From Octopus vulgaris (Eukaryota): a stretch of 64,000 nucleotides of DNA. The notes beneath the pieces were generated by a model, which did no database searches, had not been told where the DNA came from, and saw only the letters and a program-made list of their open reading frames with translations. Shown here one piece after another: positions 1 through 13,188 of this stretch. The position numbers and the translations under genes are program-made. The stretch lies in NCBI GenBank assembly GCA_951406725.2, contig OX597824.1, forward strand, positions 29,698,001 through 29,762,000, read 5' to 3'. How positions within the stretch are numbered: position 1 is the first letter of the stretch; the number at the start of each line of letters is the position of its first letter.

Positions 1-212
1 TGTGTGTATGTTTGTGTTTGTCCCCACCAACATCGCTTGATAACCGATGCTGGTGTGTTTACGTCACCGTAACTTAGCGGTTCGGCAAAAGCGACCGATA
101 GAATAAGTACTAGGCTTACAAAGAATAAGTCCTGGGATCTATTTGCTCGACTGATGGCGGTGCTCCAGCATGGCCGCAGTCAAATGACTAAAACAAGCAA
201 AAAGAAAGAGTA
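1..212 (+). mobile_element. 3' half of tRNA-derived SINE family A (internal TA/TG microsatellite, CR1-like tail)
   Basis: Body gtaacttagcggttcggcaaaa...gatagaataagtactaggcttacaaag and tail ggcggtgctccagcatggccgcagtcaaatgact recur at 617-1062, 39647-40041, 50170-50345 and 57660-57857. Confidence 0.85.
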
Positions 213-550
213 AAACTGTTAAATATTTACGTTCTTGATTATGCTAACTAATGGGTATTATTATAACTGTTTCCCCTCAGATCAAGCTAAATCGCCAAGT
301 TTTACGATCAAAGATCGCAATCCAGCGTATTTAATTTCAAGCCCAAATTATCTAGAAACACGTTTTCCAGCAAGACGTAGTAGTCTTCTATTATAATTCC
401 TTTCATGCGTAAAAATGCTTTCTATTTGCAGACTTGAACTGACCTCGCGATTTTACAGTTTCTTTGATTTACAGACCCCAGTAAAATGAAAAGGGGCGTT
501 GATTCCGACGGCATTTGAACTCAGAACGGAAACGATTGACATTAGATAGT

Positions 551-609
<59 letters not shown>

Positions 610-616
610 GAAATAC

Positions 617-826
617 TCTTTAACTCTTTTACTTGATTCAGTCATTTGACTGCGGCCATGCTGGAGCACCGCATTTAGTCGAGAAAATCGACCCCACGAT
701 TTTTCTTTGTAAGCCTAGTACTTATTCTATTGGTCTCTTTTGCCGAACCGCTAAACACACCAGCATCAGTTGTCAATCGTTGTTGGGGGGAGAAACACAG
801 ACACACAAACATACACTCACACTCAC

Positions 827-864
<38 letters not shown>

Positions 865-865
865 T

Positions 866-935
<70 letters not shown>

Positions 936-1062
936 GAGCTTCTTTCAGTTTTCGTCTTCCAAATCTACTCACAAGGATTTGGTCGGCCTGAGGTGCCATG
1001 CAATGGGACTGAACTCAGAGCCATGTGGTTGGTAAGCAAGATACTTACCACACAGCCACTCC
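617..1062 (-). mobile_element. Near full-length SINE family A
   Basis: Minus strand: tRNA-like head (ggagtggctgtgtggtaagtatcttgcttaccaaccacatgg...gagttcagtccc), internal (TA)n/(TG)n, family A body and tail. Confidence 0.85.
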
Positions 1063-1157
1063 TATTCCTATTTTGTAAATATATATATGTTTGTAAATGT
1101 ATATAGATGTTCGTTGATGTCAGGAATCGGTTCCGTGCATACAGGCAAAAATATTCA

Positions 1158-1445
1158 TATGGCTAAGTGGTTTCGGCGTTGCACTCACAATCTAGCGACA
1201 GTGAATTCGATTCCCCAGATCGGGCGACGCGTTGTATTCTTCTGTAAAACACTTCGATACACGTTGCTCCAGTCAACTCAACTGTACATGTCTAACTCTG
1301 AAGCGAAGTAGACTTCCAGTCTTAGGAAATATTGGCTTGCTCGTCTAGCCAGTGGAGTGGCATCATCTATAAGCTAAAACGATTCAAAGCGCATTGTGAC
1401 CAGCGACGTATAACAACATCCGATAGACTTGTCGATCACGTGATC
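1158..1445 (+). mobile_element. Diverged tRNA-derived SINE (family C-type tail)
   Basis: A/B-box-like head (ggctaagtgg...gaattcgattcc); tail gcgcattgtgaccagcga...caacatc is shared with 41040-41140. Confidence 0.7.
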
Positions 1446-1702
1446 TCGTGATATATATATATATATGTGTGTATTACATTTACGTTTGTATATTGAATTA
1501 TGAGTAATATATATGTTAAGTATATCTTATGTACAATTATATATACAATTGCATATTACAGATATATGCATAAATACATATGTGTATGCATCTATCTATT
1601 TATCTATCAATATATCTATGTACCTATCTATCCATCTATCAATTATCTATGCACCTATCTATATATCTATCTACCTATATATATGTGTGTGTGTATAAAA
1701 AA

Positions 1703-1750
<48 letters not shown>

Positions 1751-2888
1751 TGTATGTGTGTATATATATATATATATAATGTATCTATACATATATATAT
1801 ATATGTTTGTAAGTATATCTGTGTATGTCTGTCTTTTAGTTTATGTGTGTGTCGCGACAGACGGATAGATGTAGGCATTTGGATATATATACATATTCAT
1901 ATATATGTATTTGTATATACACATATACATATACATATATATATATATACACACACACGCGTGGGTGCGTGTGTGTACGTGGCATTTTTCTATTTCATGT
2001 TCACTTTAAGTTTTCATCACATTCTTATTCTTCGTTCTTGTTTCTCTTCCTCTCTCACTCTCTCTCTCCCCCTCTCTCTCTCTCTCTCTTCCCATCTTTC
2101 CATTCTCAATAACCTCCAGCCCCCATACACACACGTTCCGTCAATTCTTTCAGCAAACACCTTACTCTCCAAATTCTTACTCTCCTCCTAACATTCTCCC
2201 CCCCCCCAACCTCTTTCTCTCCATCTCTTTCCCCTCTACGCTACATCTCAGCTTAACAACTAAAAGTTAAAGTGTTAAATGTCGAAGGTCACCTTGTCGA
2301 TATTTCCTAGAAAAAGACACTATTCCTGTTGCATCTAAATTCGATTTCATTATATTTCTTCACTGATATTTCATCACTACACACACAAAAATTCTTCAGT
2401 GATTCCAACCATTGTCACACCTAACACCTCCAGATACAACTCCCTCACCCTTACCCCTGCTTTGCCACCTTCCTCTATCTCCTTTTAAATCCACCGCTTC
2501 TTAATTCGTCTTCAAATTTATATCGGTTGCAGCTGTTTGTTGTTGTTGTTGTTGTTGTTGTTACTGTTGTTGTTGCTGTTGTTGTTGCTGATGTTGCTGT
2601 TGTTGTTGTTCTTGTTGTTGTTTGGTTTGTTGTAGCTGCTTATGTTTAGGGTGTTTATGTTGTTTGTATAGATTTTATGAATAGCAAGTTATGGTCCTAT
2701 GTATATGTTTATATATAAATATACATACACATAATCATATACACGTATATACATCACACACACACACACACACATATATACATAGAAATCCGTGTATGTA
2801 TGTATACATATATATACATATATATATATATATACGTATGTGTATATACATATATATGTATATTATATATATATATATATACATATAT

Positions 2889-2933
<45 letters not shown>

Positions 2934-2975
2934 CATACACAAATACACATATTTACATTTATATATATGCACGTG

Positions 2976-3013
<38 letters not shown>

Positions 3014-3029
3014 AAGATTCATACTTACG

Positions 3030-3091
<62 letters not shown>

Positions 3092-3128
3092 TGCATGTGT
3101 GTGTGCTTATATGTGTGTGTGTGTGATT

Positions 3129-3173
<45 letters not shown>

Positions 3174-3826
3174 GCATGCGAGACACGCACGTTCGGTCGT
3201 ACTTTGCATTTTCCTATCTATCTTTCTGTGTATTTTTTAAAAGCCTCTTTTTCTACCTCTACCCTCATCAAACACCATTGAATATTCATATATACACCTG
3301 TTTCCGCCATCTTTATAAAAGGGCGCATTCTACATCCCAATTTTAGCTTTGTTTCCTCTATTTGTGGGGATGGGAGAATACTTTCTTTTTGTTGTTTGAA
3401 TTTTTATTCCTATTCCCGTTTTGTTTAGTTTGTGCTCTTAGTATTTTCCTGTATGGGCCATGACTTCAATTTAAGTACGCCATGTTGTGTTTCACCTGAA
3501 TAGGCGCGAAATTCCCTGTTTCCATCTAAAGTAGAGAGGTAATAGAGAGATGGGGAGTGGTTTCCCTACCTTAACTTTTCCTTTATATTTTGCAATGTAA
3601 AAGTGACTTCGTAGGGGTCGAAAGCATTTTGCAGTTTAAACATACCGGAAATATATCTATTACAACCATCAGCAATATTAAACCAAAAGAGGATAATTTT
3701 TCATAATCTCTCAGTCTGTTAGAAATAGTAACTAAATTTCGATCAAGTCATATTTTATATTTTTATCTTTTACTTGAGCGATCAAGCTGGAGCACCACGT
3801 TCAAGAGTTTCGTCGAGCTAGTCCAC

Positions 3827-3928
3827 TGCGGTAGTTATTTCTCTTTTTAAGTCTAGAATATATTCCATCGCTCCCTTTTGTCGGTGTGCTAAGTTGCGGG
3901 GAGCGTAAACAAACCACGCAGGTTGTCA

Positions 3929-3964
<36 letters not shown>

Positions 3965-4122
3965 CCAAGATCCATGAAGTGTGTGTCGTTGCGATTGTAT
4001 TTGTCTCACCCAACCTCTTGACGACCTGCATCGTTTGTTTACGCTCCGCGCAACTTAGCACACCGGCAAAAGAGAGCGATGGAATATATTCTCGACTTAA
4101 AAAAAGAGAAATAACTACCGCA
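3827..4122. repeat. Inverted duplication (~105-bp arms) of a diverged family A SINE segment
   Basis: 3827-3931 is the near reverse complement of 4016-4122; the spacer starts with (TA)n. Confidence 0.85.
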
Positions 4123-4415
4123 TTTATACATACATACATATAGATATGTATGTGTGTAGCCACTTATATCATTATTATTTATTAATATTATATTTATTTA
4201 CTTTCATATATATATATGGAGATGCATGTGTATGTGTCTTTGTTTCTGTGTTTGACTCCCACCACCGCTTGACAACTGGACTTGGTATGTTTACCAACTG
4301 ATAAAAATATGGTTGATTTATTCGACTAAAAATTCTTCAAGATGCTGCCCCAGCATCGTCGCAGTCAAACGACTGAGACAAGTACAATATCAAAGATAAA
4401 AGACATACACACACG

Positions 4416-4490
<75 letters not shown>

Positions 4491-5145
4491 GAAAAAAGCA
4501 ACAAGAATGGATTAAAATCTCGGTACGATCGTTTCGTACGAGGACATCTTTAATAAGCTACAAAATATGCAGTGAATACAGATGGCTCGTACTCGTCAGC
4601 CGAAAAAATATCAGAGAATTCCCAAACATCAAAAGGGGTAGATACAAAAGAGGTTGTAAGATTAACTGCATTGAAGAAAGTTCGATTCGTGGAGATCCGA
4701 TGAAAGGTTTTAAACCTATAGAATTTATGCATGTCTACATATAGCTCATATTGAATATTTGATCAAGTTGTATAAAGAAATTTTCGGATACAGTCATGCA
4801 AAATTTCTGAAAATCCGAGTAAGAGGCAAAGTGACTGCCACATCATGTAGAGGAAAGTCTGAGTAAAAACATAGTGACTGTCATATCGTGTAGAGGAACA
4901 GATTGTTATTGAAATTTACAAGAATCGCAGATAAGTTCGATTTTTTGGAGATCCGATGAAAAAGTCTTGAACTTACAAAATTTGTGTATGTCCTTATAGT
5001 TCGTAATCCAATTTTGTGGAGAGATTTAGGGTACAATCATGCGAAAATATCAGGGAGTCCGAATGAGAAGCAAAAATGCCAGTCTTATATTGTAGTGGTT
5101 CAGGTTGTTAATGAAATTTTCAAGAATCACAGAAAGAGGAGGAAG

Positions 5146-5189
<44 letters not shown>

Positions 5190-5190
<1 letters not shown>

Positions 5191-5416
5191 TTTATTTAAA
5201 GCAGCAGAAAATTCAACAAAACCCGTTACTCTGAGTTTCCCGTTGCCGTTCATCGGACAGTTTTTGCTAGCAAAATCTGTCCGATGAACGGCAACGGCAA
5301 ACTAAGAGTGACAGGTTTTGTTGAATTTTCTGCTGCTTTAAATAAAGCATATTACTCTACCACTGGTATTTGAGTACTCTTTTTTCCACCTTGTTTCACA
5401 TTTATGTGTTTACTCC

Positions 5417-5418
<2 letters not shown>
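5190..5418. mobile_element. Penelope-like inverted pseudo-LTR relic: 79-bp-arm palindrome plus 3' extension, flanked by (TA)n
   Basis: 5190-5268 and 5269-5347 are near-perfect reverse complements centred on gct|agc; each arm carries a hammerhead-like motif. Confidence 0.75.
5223..5260 (-). ncRNA. Type I hammerhead ribozyme motif, U4C core variant
   Basis: Minus strand CTGT-CCGATGA-ACG GCAA CGG-GAA-ACTC A GAGT-A-ACGG: stem I CTGT/ACGG, GNRA-capped stem II, quasi-palindromic stem III, GUA cleavage triplet. Confidence 0.65.
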
Positions 5419-5451
<33 letters not shown>

Positions 5452-5457
5452 ATATAC

Positions 5458-5520
<63 letters not shown>

Positions 5521-5525
<5 letters not shown>

Positions 5526-5911
5526 TTTATTTTATCTAGTTTCGGCTCACGAGCTGTGGCCATGCTGGGGCACCGCCGTTAGGTGTTGCTACATAATTTT
5601 ACTTCACGAATGCTTTTTAGGAATTGACATTTGGTGCATGAGCGAGTTTGATGCAGCTGCCCTCATCTGCACCTCCTGCCGCGAAGTTGGTTCATCTTGA
5701 GAGGAAGAGGTCCAGCTTCATTTTGAAGGCACCTACATCCACCCCATGCAGGTCTCTCAGGTCCTTCGGGAGAATATTGAAGAGCTGTGGACCTCTGAAG
5801 CCCAGGCTATTGCAGTATCTTGTCCTACATCTTGATTGCAAATTTGGAGTCCTTGGCACTATGCAGTGGGGCCCAGTTCTAGTATTTGTGTAACTCTCGA
5901 TGCTAAAGTTT
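5521..5911 (-). mobile_element. 3' end of a CR1-group LINE (ORF2 C-terminus plus 3' tail)
   Basis: Hand translation NFSIESYTNTRTGPHCIVP...RTRYCNSLGFRGPQLFNILPKDLRDLHGVDVGAFKMKLDLFL resembles CR1-group ORF2 ends; followed by a hairpin tail and (A4-5T)n. Confidence 0.75.
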
Positions 5912-5969
5912 ATATATATGTATATGTATGTCTGTATGAATAATTTTTATTTTATTGACGCGGAAAAGA

Positions 5970-6088
5970 CTTCCCAAAAGGCTACGTGAAACTCTGAATA
6001 ACAGTACATGAAGTTTTCATAGCTTCTATAAAATACCATTTTACTCCACTTCTCGTATTCGAGAACGATTTTCCCACCTTGATCACGC
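5970..6088 (+). mobile_element. Older diverged copy of the 5269-5418 element
   Basis: cgtgaaactctgaataacag...attttactccacttctcgtattcgagaacgattttcccaccttg aligns by eye with 5295-5395. Confidence 0.5.
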
Positions 6089-6401
6089 CGCAAGGAAACA
6101 AAAAATTGTGAAAAACTATAACACTGGATTTGAAAAATATAAAAGGAAAAATATTTGTAAATTAATGTAATTTATAAATTAACTCACTAAATGATTGCAC
6201 TTTATCAAATAAAATAAGATAGTGCTAGCAAATCAATGCCGGTTGACTCAGACTAAGTTACGGGGAGATAATCCAACTAGAACCGGTTGTCAAGAAGGAG
6301 GGGTACATATACACAACCAACACACACTCACTTGTACGTATACATACATGTATATATATTACATATACATATACATACATACATACATACATACATACAT
6401 G

Positions 6402-6450
<49 letters not shown>

Positions 6451-6614
6451 GCGTGTGTATATATGTGCATATATATGTAAGTGTTTCCATGTACCAAATC
6501 CACTTACAATGCTATGCTATAACAAAAGTCACATGCCCAAGGTGCCACGAAGTGGGACTGAACCTGAAATCATGTGATTAGGGGCAAACTTACCACACTG
6601 CCATGTTGCGCATA

Positions 6615-6847
6615 CAGGTTTGGCCAAAAGTCACCCGACAGTAAATCAAAATTCCTTAAATACTATCTATAATTCTGTATTGATTCGAATGGAAAAATGT
6701 ATCATTCAAGAAGGACTTCAGTTTGAACAATTTTTGTGATGCTTCATATTTAGATGCTTTTATTAAATTAATTCAGTTATTAAACATAAATAAATTTTGG
6801 TATTAAATGGTTTTGACTTACCGTCAGGTGACTTTTAGCCAGCCCTG
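6615..6847. mobile_element. Tc1/mariner-type MITE, 233 bp
   Basis: ~37-bp imperfect TIRs (caggtttggccaaaagtcacccgacagtaaatcaaaa / ttttgacttaccgtcaggtgacttttagccagccctg) with TA on both sides. Confidence 0.85.
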
Positions 6848-7524
6848 TAGATATGTGTGTGTGTGTGTGTGTGTGTGGTGTACGAGTGTCTGTGTGTGCG
6901 TGTGTGTGTGAGAGAGAGTGTGTGTATGTGTGTTCCACCGGCTTCGACTAAGTTTCCATCTATGAATTTCATTCACAGTGCCTGAACAGATCCAGGGCTG
7001 CAGAAAAAGACAGTTACCCCAAGTCTCGTGAGAGACAGGACTGAACCCGAAACCACAGGATTGAACAATATTTAAAACTTATACACATAACTATGACTAT
7101 GTAATCGTATTTATGTAGTCGTTAATCTATGTTTGTGTCACATTTCATCGTGTTAACAAATACAAAAACGTCGAGTGCTTCGTTTCTTCTATGCATCAGT
7201 CAAACAAACTCATAGTCACACCCATACTTGCCCCTCTCCCGAAGGGAGCAGCCCAGTGCATAAAGTATTCACTTTCCTCACGACACACAGACATAGTTCA
7301 CGGAGAACTTGTATCTTTCGTTGTTATTTTCGTCTTGTTTACAGTGTGGTTTATCACTAATCTGGCTCCCGACGCGCATGCTGTCTGCAATAGATTTTAG
7401 CTTTACTGATTGACTTTAGTAAAGAGATACAAATGAATGAAGATTAATATTCTTCCACTTATTCATTCACGCAAACCTGATTCCATATATGTATGTGTAC
7501 GCATAATACATACATACATACATA

Positions 7525-7574
<50 letters not shown>

Positions 7575-7606
7575 CATATATATATGTATATGTACATATA
7601 TATATA

Positions 7607-7652
<46 letters not shown>

Positions 7653-7739
7653 TATGTGCTTATATAGATATATACATATATACATACGCAAACATGTATT
7701 TTTATATATACTTTACATGTAAATATATACATGCATATT

Positions 7740-7774
<35 letters not shown>

Positions 7775-7958
7775 GTATGTGTGTGTGTGTGTACATATGA
7801 TTATATATCTTTATCTTTTATATGTTTCAGTCATCATTAGACTGCCGCCATGCTGGGATATCGCCTTGAGGAATTTTTAGTTGAATGAATCAACTCAGTA
7901 CTTATTCTATCGTTGCTTTTGCCGAACCGCTAGTTTACCGGTTGTCCAGAGTATGACA

Positions 7959-8015
<57 letters not shown>

Positions 8016-8191
8016 TGTGTGTGTGTGTGTGTGTATGCATATACACACACACATAAATATATATTTATATACACGCACACACGCATATATATATATATAT
8101 ATATAACATGAAACTTTAGTCTCAAGGCTCAGTTCTTTATCAATTTCAACAAATAAACATTACGTATGTACATTATGTACATGTGTATGTA

Positions 8192-8229
<38 letters not shown>

Positions 8230-9152
8230 TGTGTGTATAGTGAGGCATATATATGTAGTTTTGCTTCCATACAGACATATGTATATATATATATATTCAT
8301 ATATATTCCCACACCAGCACCCATACGGACATACATAGACACATGCTTAGATCGAAAAGTATGCATCATATATACGAAATAGATCAAAGCAATATCTTAT
8401 AACTCTCTATGATGTTGATGTTGCTGCTATAGATGTTTTTGATGTTTTTTCTATTTAATCTTTTTCTTTTTTTCGTATGGCTTACATGTTTCTTGTTGCG
8501 CTTCGTGGAAGCAATATGGCAACGTCTCTCCTTCACCCTATCATTCCCTCTCATTCTCATCCTCTCTGTTTGTCTCTCTTTTCCTGCAATCTTATCATAC
8601 TTTAGTGAAGGCATTCTTATTTAAATAGTCATAATGTTAGATCAAATAACGAAAAGAAAATTACATAGTTTCTCACATCTCCTACATAACTAGTTGTCTT
8701 ATCATTTTTTTCCTTTTGTTGAATATTTTTGCTTGATTTGTATCTATCCGTGTCTGTTTTGTTGGTGGAAGGTGGTGTTTATTTTGGCGGTTGTTCTCTT
8801 GTACACACCCATCCACACACACACACACGCGTGCGCACGCGAGCTCACATACGCACATATATACAGATAAATACATCGTATATATGCTACTATATGCATA
8901 TGTGCATATATATATAATAAATTATATATATTTATGCATAATATTTATATATATGTATCCTTATATATGTGTTTGTGTATATATACCTGTATATATATAT
9001 ATATATATATACATACATACATATATGTATATATTTATAAATATATATTTATATATATATATAATACATATACGTATATAAATATATATATACATATTAT
9101 ATATATATATATATATACATACATATATATAAGTATGTATGCATATATACAT

Positions 9153-9300
<148 letters not shown>

Positions 9301-9775
9301 CCAGGTTTGTATTTCTTCTTTTATTTATGAAAGAAAATGAGTCAATGAGCATAACGGAAAGAGAGAAGGTGAAGAAGAAGAAAAAAAAAAGAAATTCCAA
9401 GGTGAACTGCCGAGCGAAATAAGTATATGGGCACGCAAGTATGTCTCTATACCACGATGATAAATCTTCGTATCAAAAAGAAGGATATATGAGCTATAAA
9501 AGCTTTATTAGAACTCCTACGACGGTCACAGTGATGACACAGTGATGGCAGATCAAAGATAGGAGGCTCTATATGACACATGACCTGCTTCCATGTAAAG
9601 AAATCACTACTTCATCAGTCGGGAAAAGTGATAGTGGTAAGAAGGAAACAAAACCAATATACAAGAGAAAAAAAATAATAATAATTAAAGCTTTATTCTT
9701 ATAGTTAAGTACATATATAAATGTATATTCGTACACATACACACATATATATATTTACATACACACACACACACA

Positions 9776-9836
<61 letters not shown>

Positions 9837-10063
9837 TTATATATTTATATATATATGTGTATATATATACACATATATGTCTATATATGTACGCATATAA
9901 CTGCACGTGTGTAAGGTGGTGTGTATTTGTATTTGAGTGCATAAATTTATATGTGTGCGCATATATATATAGACATATATAATATATATCATATCTATTA
10001 TACATATGTATATTATGTATTTCATATATTATATTATATATACATTATATATATACACACAAG

Positions 10064-10170
<107 letters not shown>

Positions 10171-11866
10171 TGATAGAAATGGCAAGACAACAAAAGATGT
10201 ATATATGTGTGTGTGTGTGCATACATATATATATATATATATATATAAATATAATGAAATATTTGTTTTCCACTTGATTAAAATGGTCACAAGCATTCTT
10301 GCATGTATTGGTCACCGATACTTACGTAGTACTGTACATATGCATGTATATGTTGTGTAGGTATGTAAATATACTCGTATATTTGTGTACTGAACCCCAA
10401 GCAGCTGATTGGATACAATCACGTAAAGAGATGGCGGCAGTGGGTGCTGGTTAATACTGGTAATCTAGACAGCGTCAACGAAGAAGAATATATATAAAAA
10501 AAAAAAACGCAGAACTAGATCCAGACAGTCAGGTAAGTTCGGATGATTAAGTAAATGTAACAAGAATTGGTTGACGTGATGATGAGAAGTAAAAGGAATG
10601 AGTACGATGAGAAGGAGAAGTGAAGGAGGAGGAGGAGAGGGAGAAGAAGGGGATTAGGAGACGATGGTAATTAGAATAATGATTTGATATAAAATCTTAC
10701 TGTCTGTGATGACATTGTCAATATTATTAATGAAGATAAGATAATTATGATTGCGTTGTTGCAGGTTGAACCAAGTGATGGTTCTGGTGTTGTGTTTGCA
10801 GTTTATAGGGAGCGGGCGTTATTGAGAGTGTGGGGTTTATTTCTGTAAAGGGGGCGATGGCGGACGATGTTGGGTGATGTCGGAGTAATGTCGGTGATGG
10901 CGACTGCAGCGATTGCTGCGAGTGTAACGATGGCGGTGGTGGCGGTGACGGTGGCGATGGAGGTGATGGTCATGGTTGGGGCTGATCGAGCTTATAGTTT
11001 TTCATAGTGATGATGCATGAGCAGACAACATGATGCAAAAAAAAAAATGAAGGGGAGGAGAAACAAGAAAAAAAAATGAGAGGAAAGCGCCAGGAGGAAA
11101 TGGGGGGGAGTATGAGGAAGAAGTTAGAGCCGGTTTGCCGTCAACAGATCTGCGTTAACCGGAAGTAGACGTTAGACGAGAAGATATTTAATGATGGAAT
11201 TATAACAATAAGTTATACAACAAAAACAACGGATATATATTACAAGAAATGGTCAAGGAATATAAGAACGAGCAGCAAGAAAAATGAACTGGCCAATATG
11301 TGTGTGTATGTGTGTGTCTCCATGTGTGTGCATATATATATATATGTATATAATCTGTACATATGTATGTATGTACGTACGTATGTACGTATGTATGTAT
11401 GGATGGATGGTTGGATGAATGGATAGATAGATATGTGCATAGGGCGTGGGGTATGGGGTAGGAGTGTACGTATAGAGCAAAATGGAGATATATAATAAAT
11501 GTATAACAAATCATAAAACCTGTAAAAGTGCTGATGGCCAGACAACTGACCAAAAATGGTGAACCTAGCTAGAGTTTCATTTTTTATGAACATCTTAATA
11601 TGCATGCACACACACACGCGCGCACAAACATATGTATATATATGTATATACGTTTATACATATTATGTATGTATGTGTGTGTGTATGTATGAGTTTCTTT
11701 ATGGATTATGTGTGCATATGTATGTACGCTAACATGCATACATATATATCCATGAATGTCGATACACACAACTATATACATGTGCATATTTTGTTTTGCA
11801 TACATGCATAGGGCTATATTTGTGTGTGTGTGTGTGTGTGTGTGTAGCTAGATAGATAGATATAAA

Positions 11867-11901
<35 letters not shown>

Positions 11902-11904
<3 letters not shown>

Positions 11905-11990
11905 CCGGAGTAAGCACATAAATGTGAAACAAGTTAGAAAAAAGAGTACTCAAATACCAGAGGTAGAGTAATATGCTTTTAAATAAAGTA
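11902..11990 (-). mobile_element. Copy of the 5190-5418 element lacking the internal palindrome
   Basis: Reverse complement of 5345-5420 joined directly to taaataaagtata; flanked by (TA)n. Confidence 0.8.
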
Positions 11991-12009
11991 TATATATATA
12001 TATATATAT

Positions 12010-12170
12010 AGTTGAAATTCATAAAAAATCAAAAGACGAAGACAGGTGTACGATCAACAAGCTAGTGTATTAGTTTGACGCTCGGAGAAATGAATAAGTC
12101 TTTTACGTTTCGAGTCTACGCTCTTCAACAGAAAGGAATAAAAGGAAATAAACCGAGAGAATGAAAAAAA
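12010..12170 (-). mobile_element. Hammerhead-bearing Penelope-like pLTR fragment (motif at 12099-12136)
   Basis: Minus strand CCTTT-CTGTTGA-A-GAGC GTAG ACTC-GAAACGTA-AAAGA; same family as 63500-63695; ends in (TA)n. Confidence 0.7.
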
Positions 12171-12782
12171 CTTGTAGATATATATATACATTTTTGTAGT
12201 TTATCAACAGCACGTACTTGAATCGAACTCGAGATGAAATCAATCGCAAGTTTATGACTATATATAAATATTGTAAAAACTGGGAAAATAGAAAAACTTC
12301 TAACTCTGCGGAAAGTTTATTGTCAGAAGCTTTATTATTTTCCCTTTTTGTTTTCTCCTTCTTCGATATTAGAATGCTTCAAGCGAACTACAACGATCTT
12401 ATAGTAAAAACTATTTGCTAACATGCCACGACAATGCCCACATACGATTTAATTCAGTAACGAATTAAAAGCAACGCTAAATTTGTAAATATTATCACCC
12501 GCATTATGGGATCTGGAGTGCATTATCTCGCCTATGTTTGACATTCAGGTGTTTTAACACCCAGTGCAATGAGGGAGTCGTCCTTCAAGGGTTACTGCAG
12601 CGAACCGGCCAACAAACAAAACATATGCCTGGTTTCCGAGCATTAATCAGTTAGCTACACTCTACTGTAAAATCCCATTAGATCTTATACTCATTATTCT
12701 CGGCGATACCTTATGGTTTATGTTCGTACATTTCTGTGTTCTTTCAAAATCGTACTTCTCACACAATTATCATTATTATTAT

Positions 12783-12926
<144 letters not shown>

Positions 12927-12954
12927 CATTATTATTATTATTATTACTATTATT

Positions 12955-13188
12955 GGGCAGAGAGAGCAAGGCATACCATCAAAGTGATGCTGTGGTACAA
13001 AATATACGAAGCCTAATATAACCATCAAGACTACCCGTCTGATAAGTGTACACTAGGTACATGCATCACAGCCATATGTCCGCGACAAGGTGATCTCGTA
13101 TCACGATAAACAGCGCATGACCTTGGGGGTGGGGCCCAGTTAGAATTTTGTTCAAATTGAGTAGGCCATCCCGTTCAAAAGGTCCCTG
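12955..13188 (-). mobile_element. Fragment of a non-coding interspersed repeat attached to (ATT)n
   Basis: 13060-13188 is the reverse complement of ~46060-46188. Confidence 0.75.
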
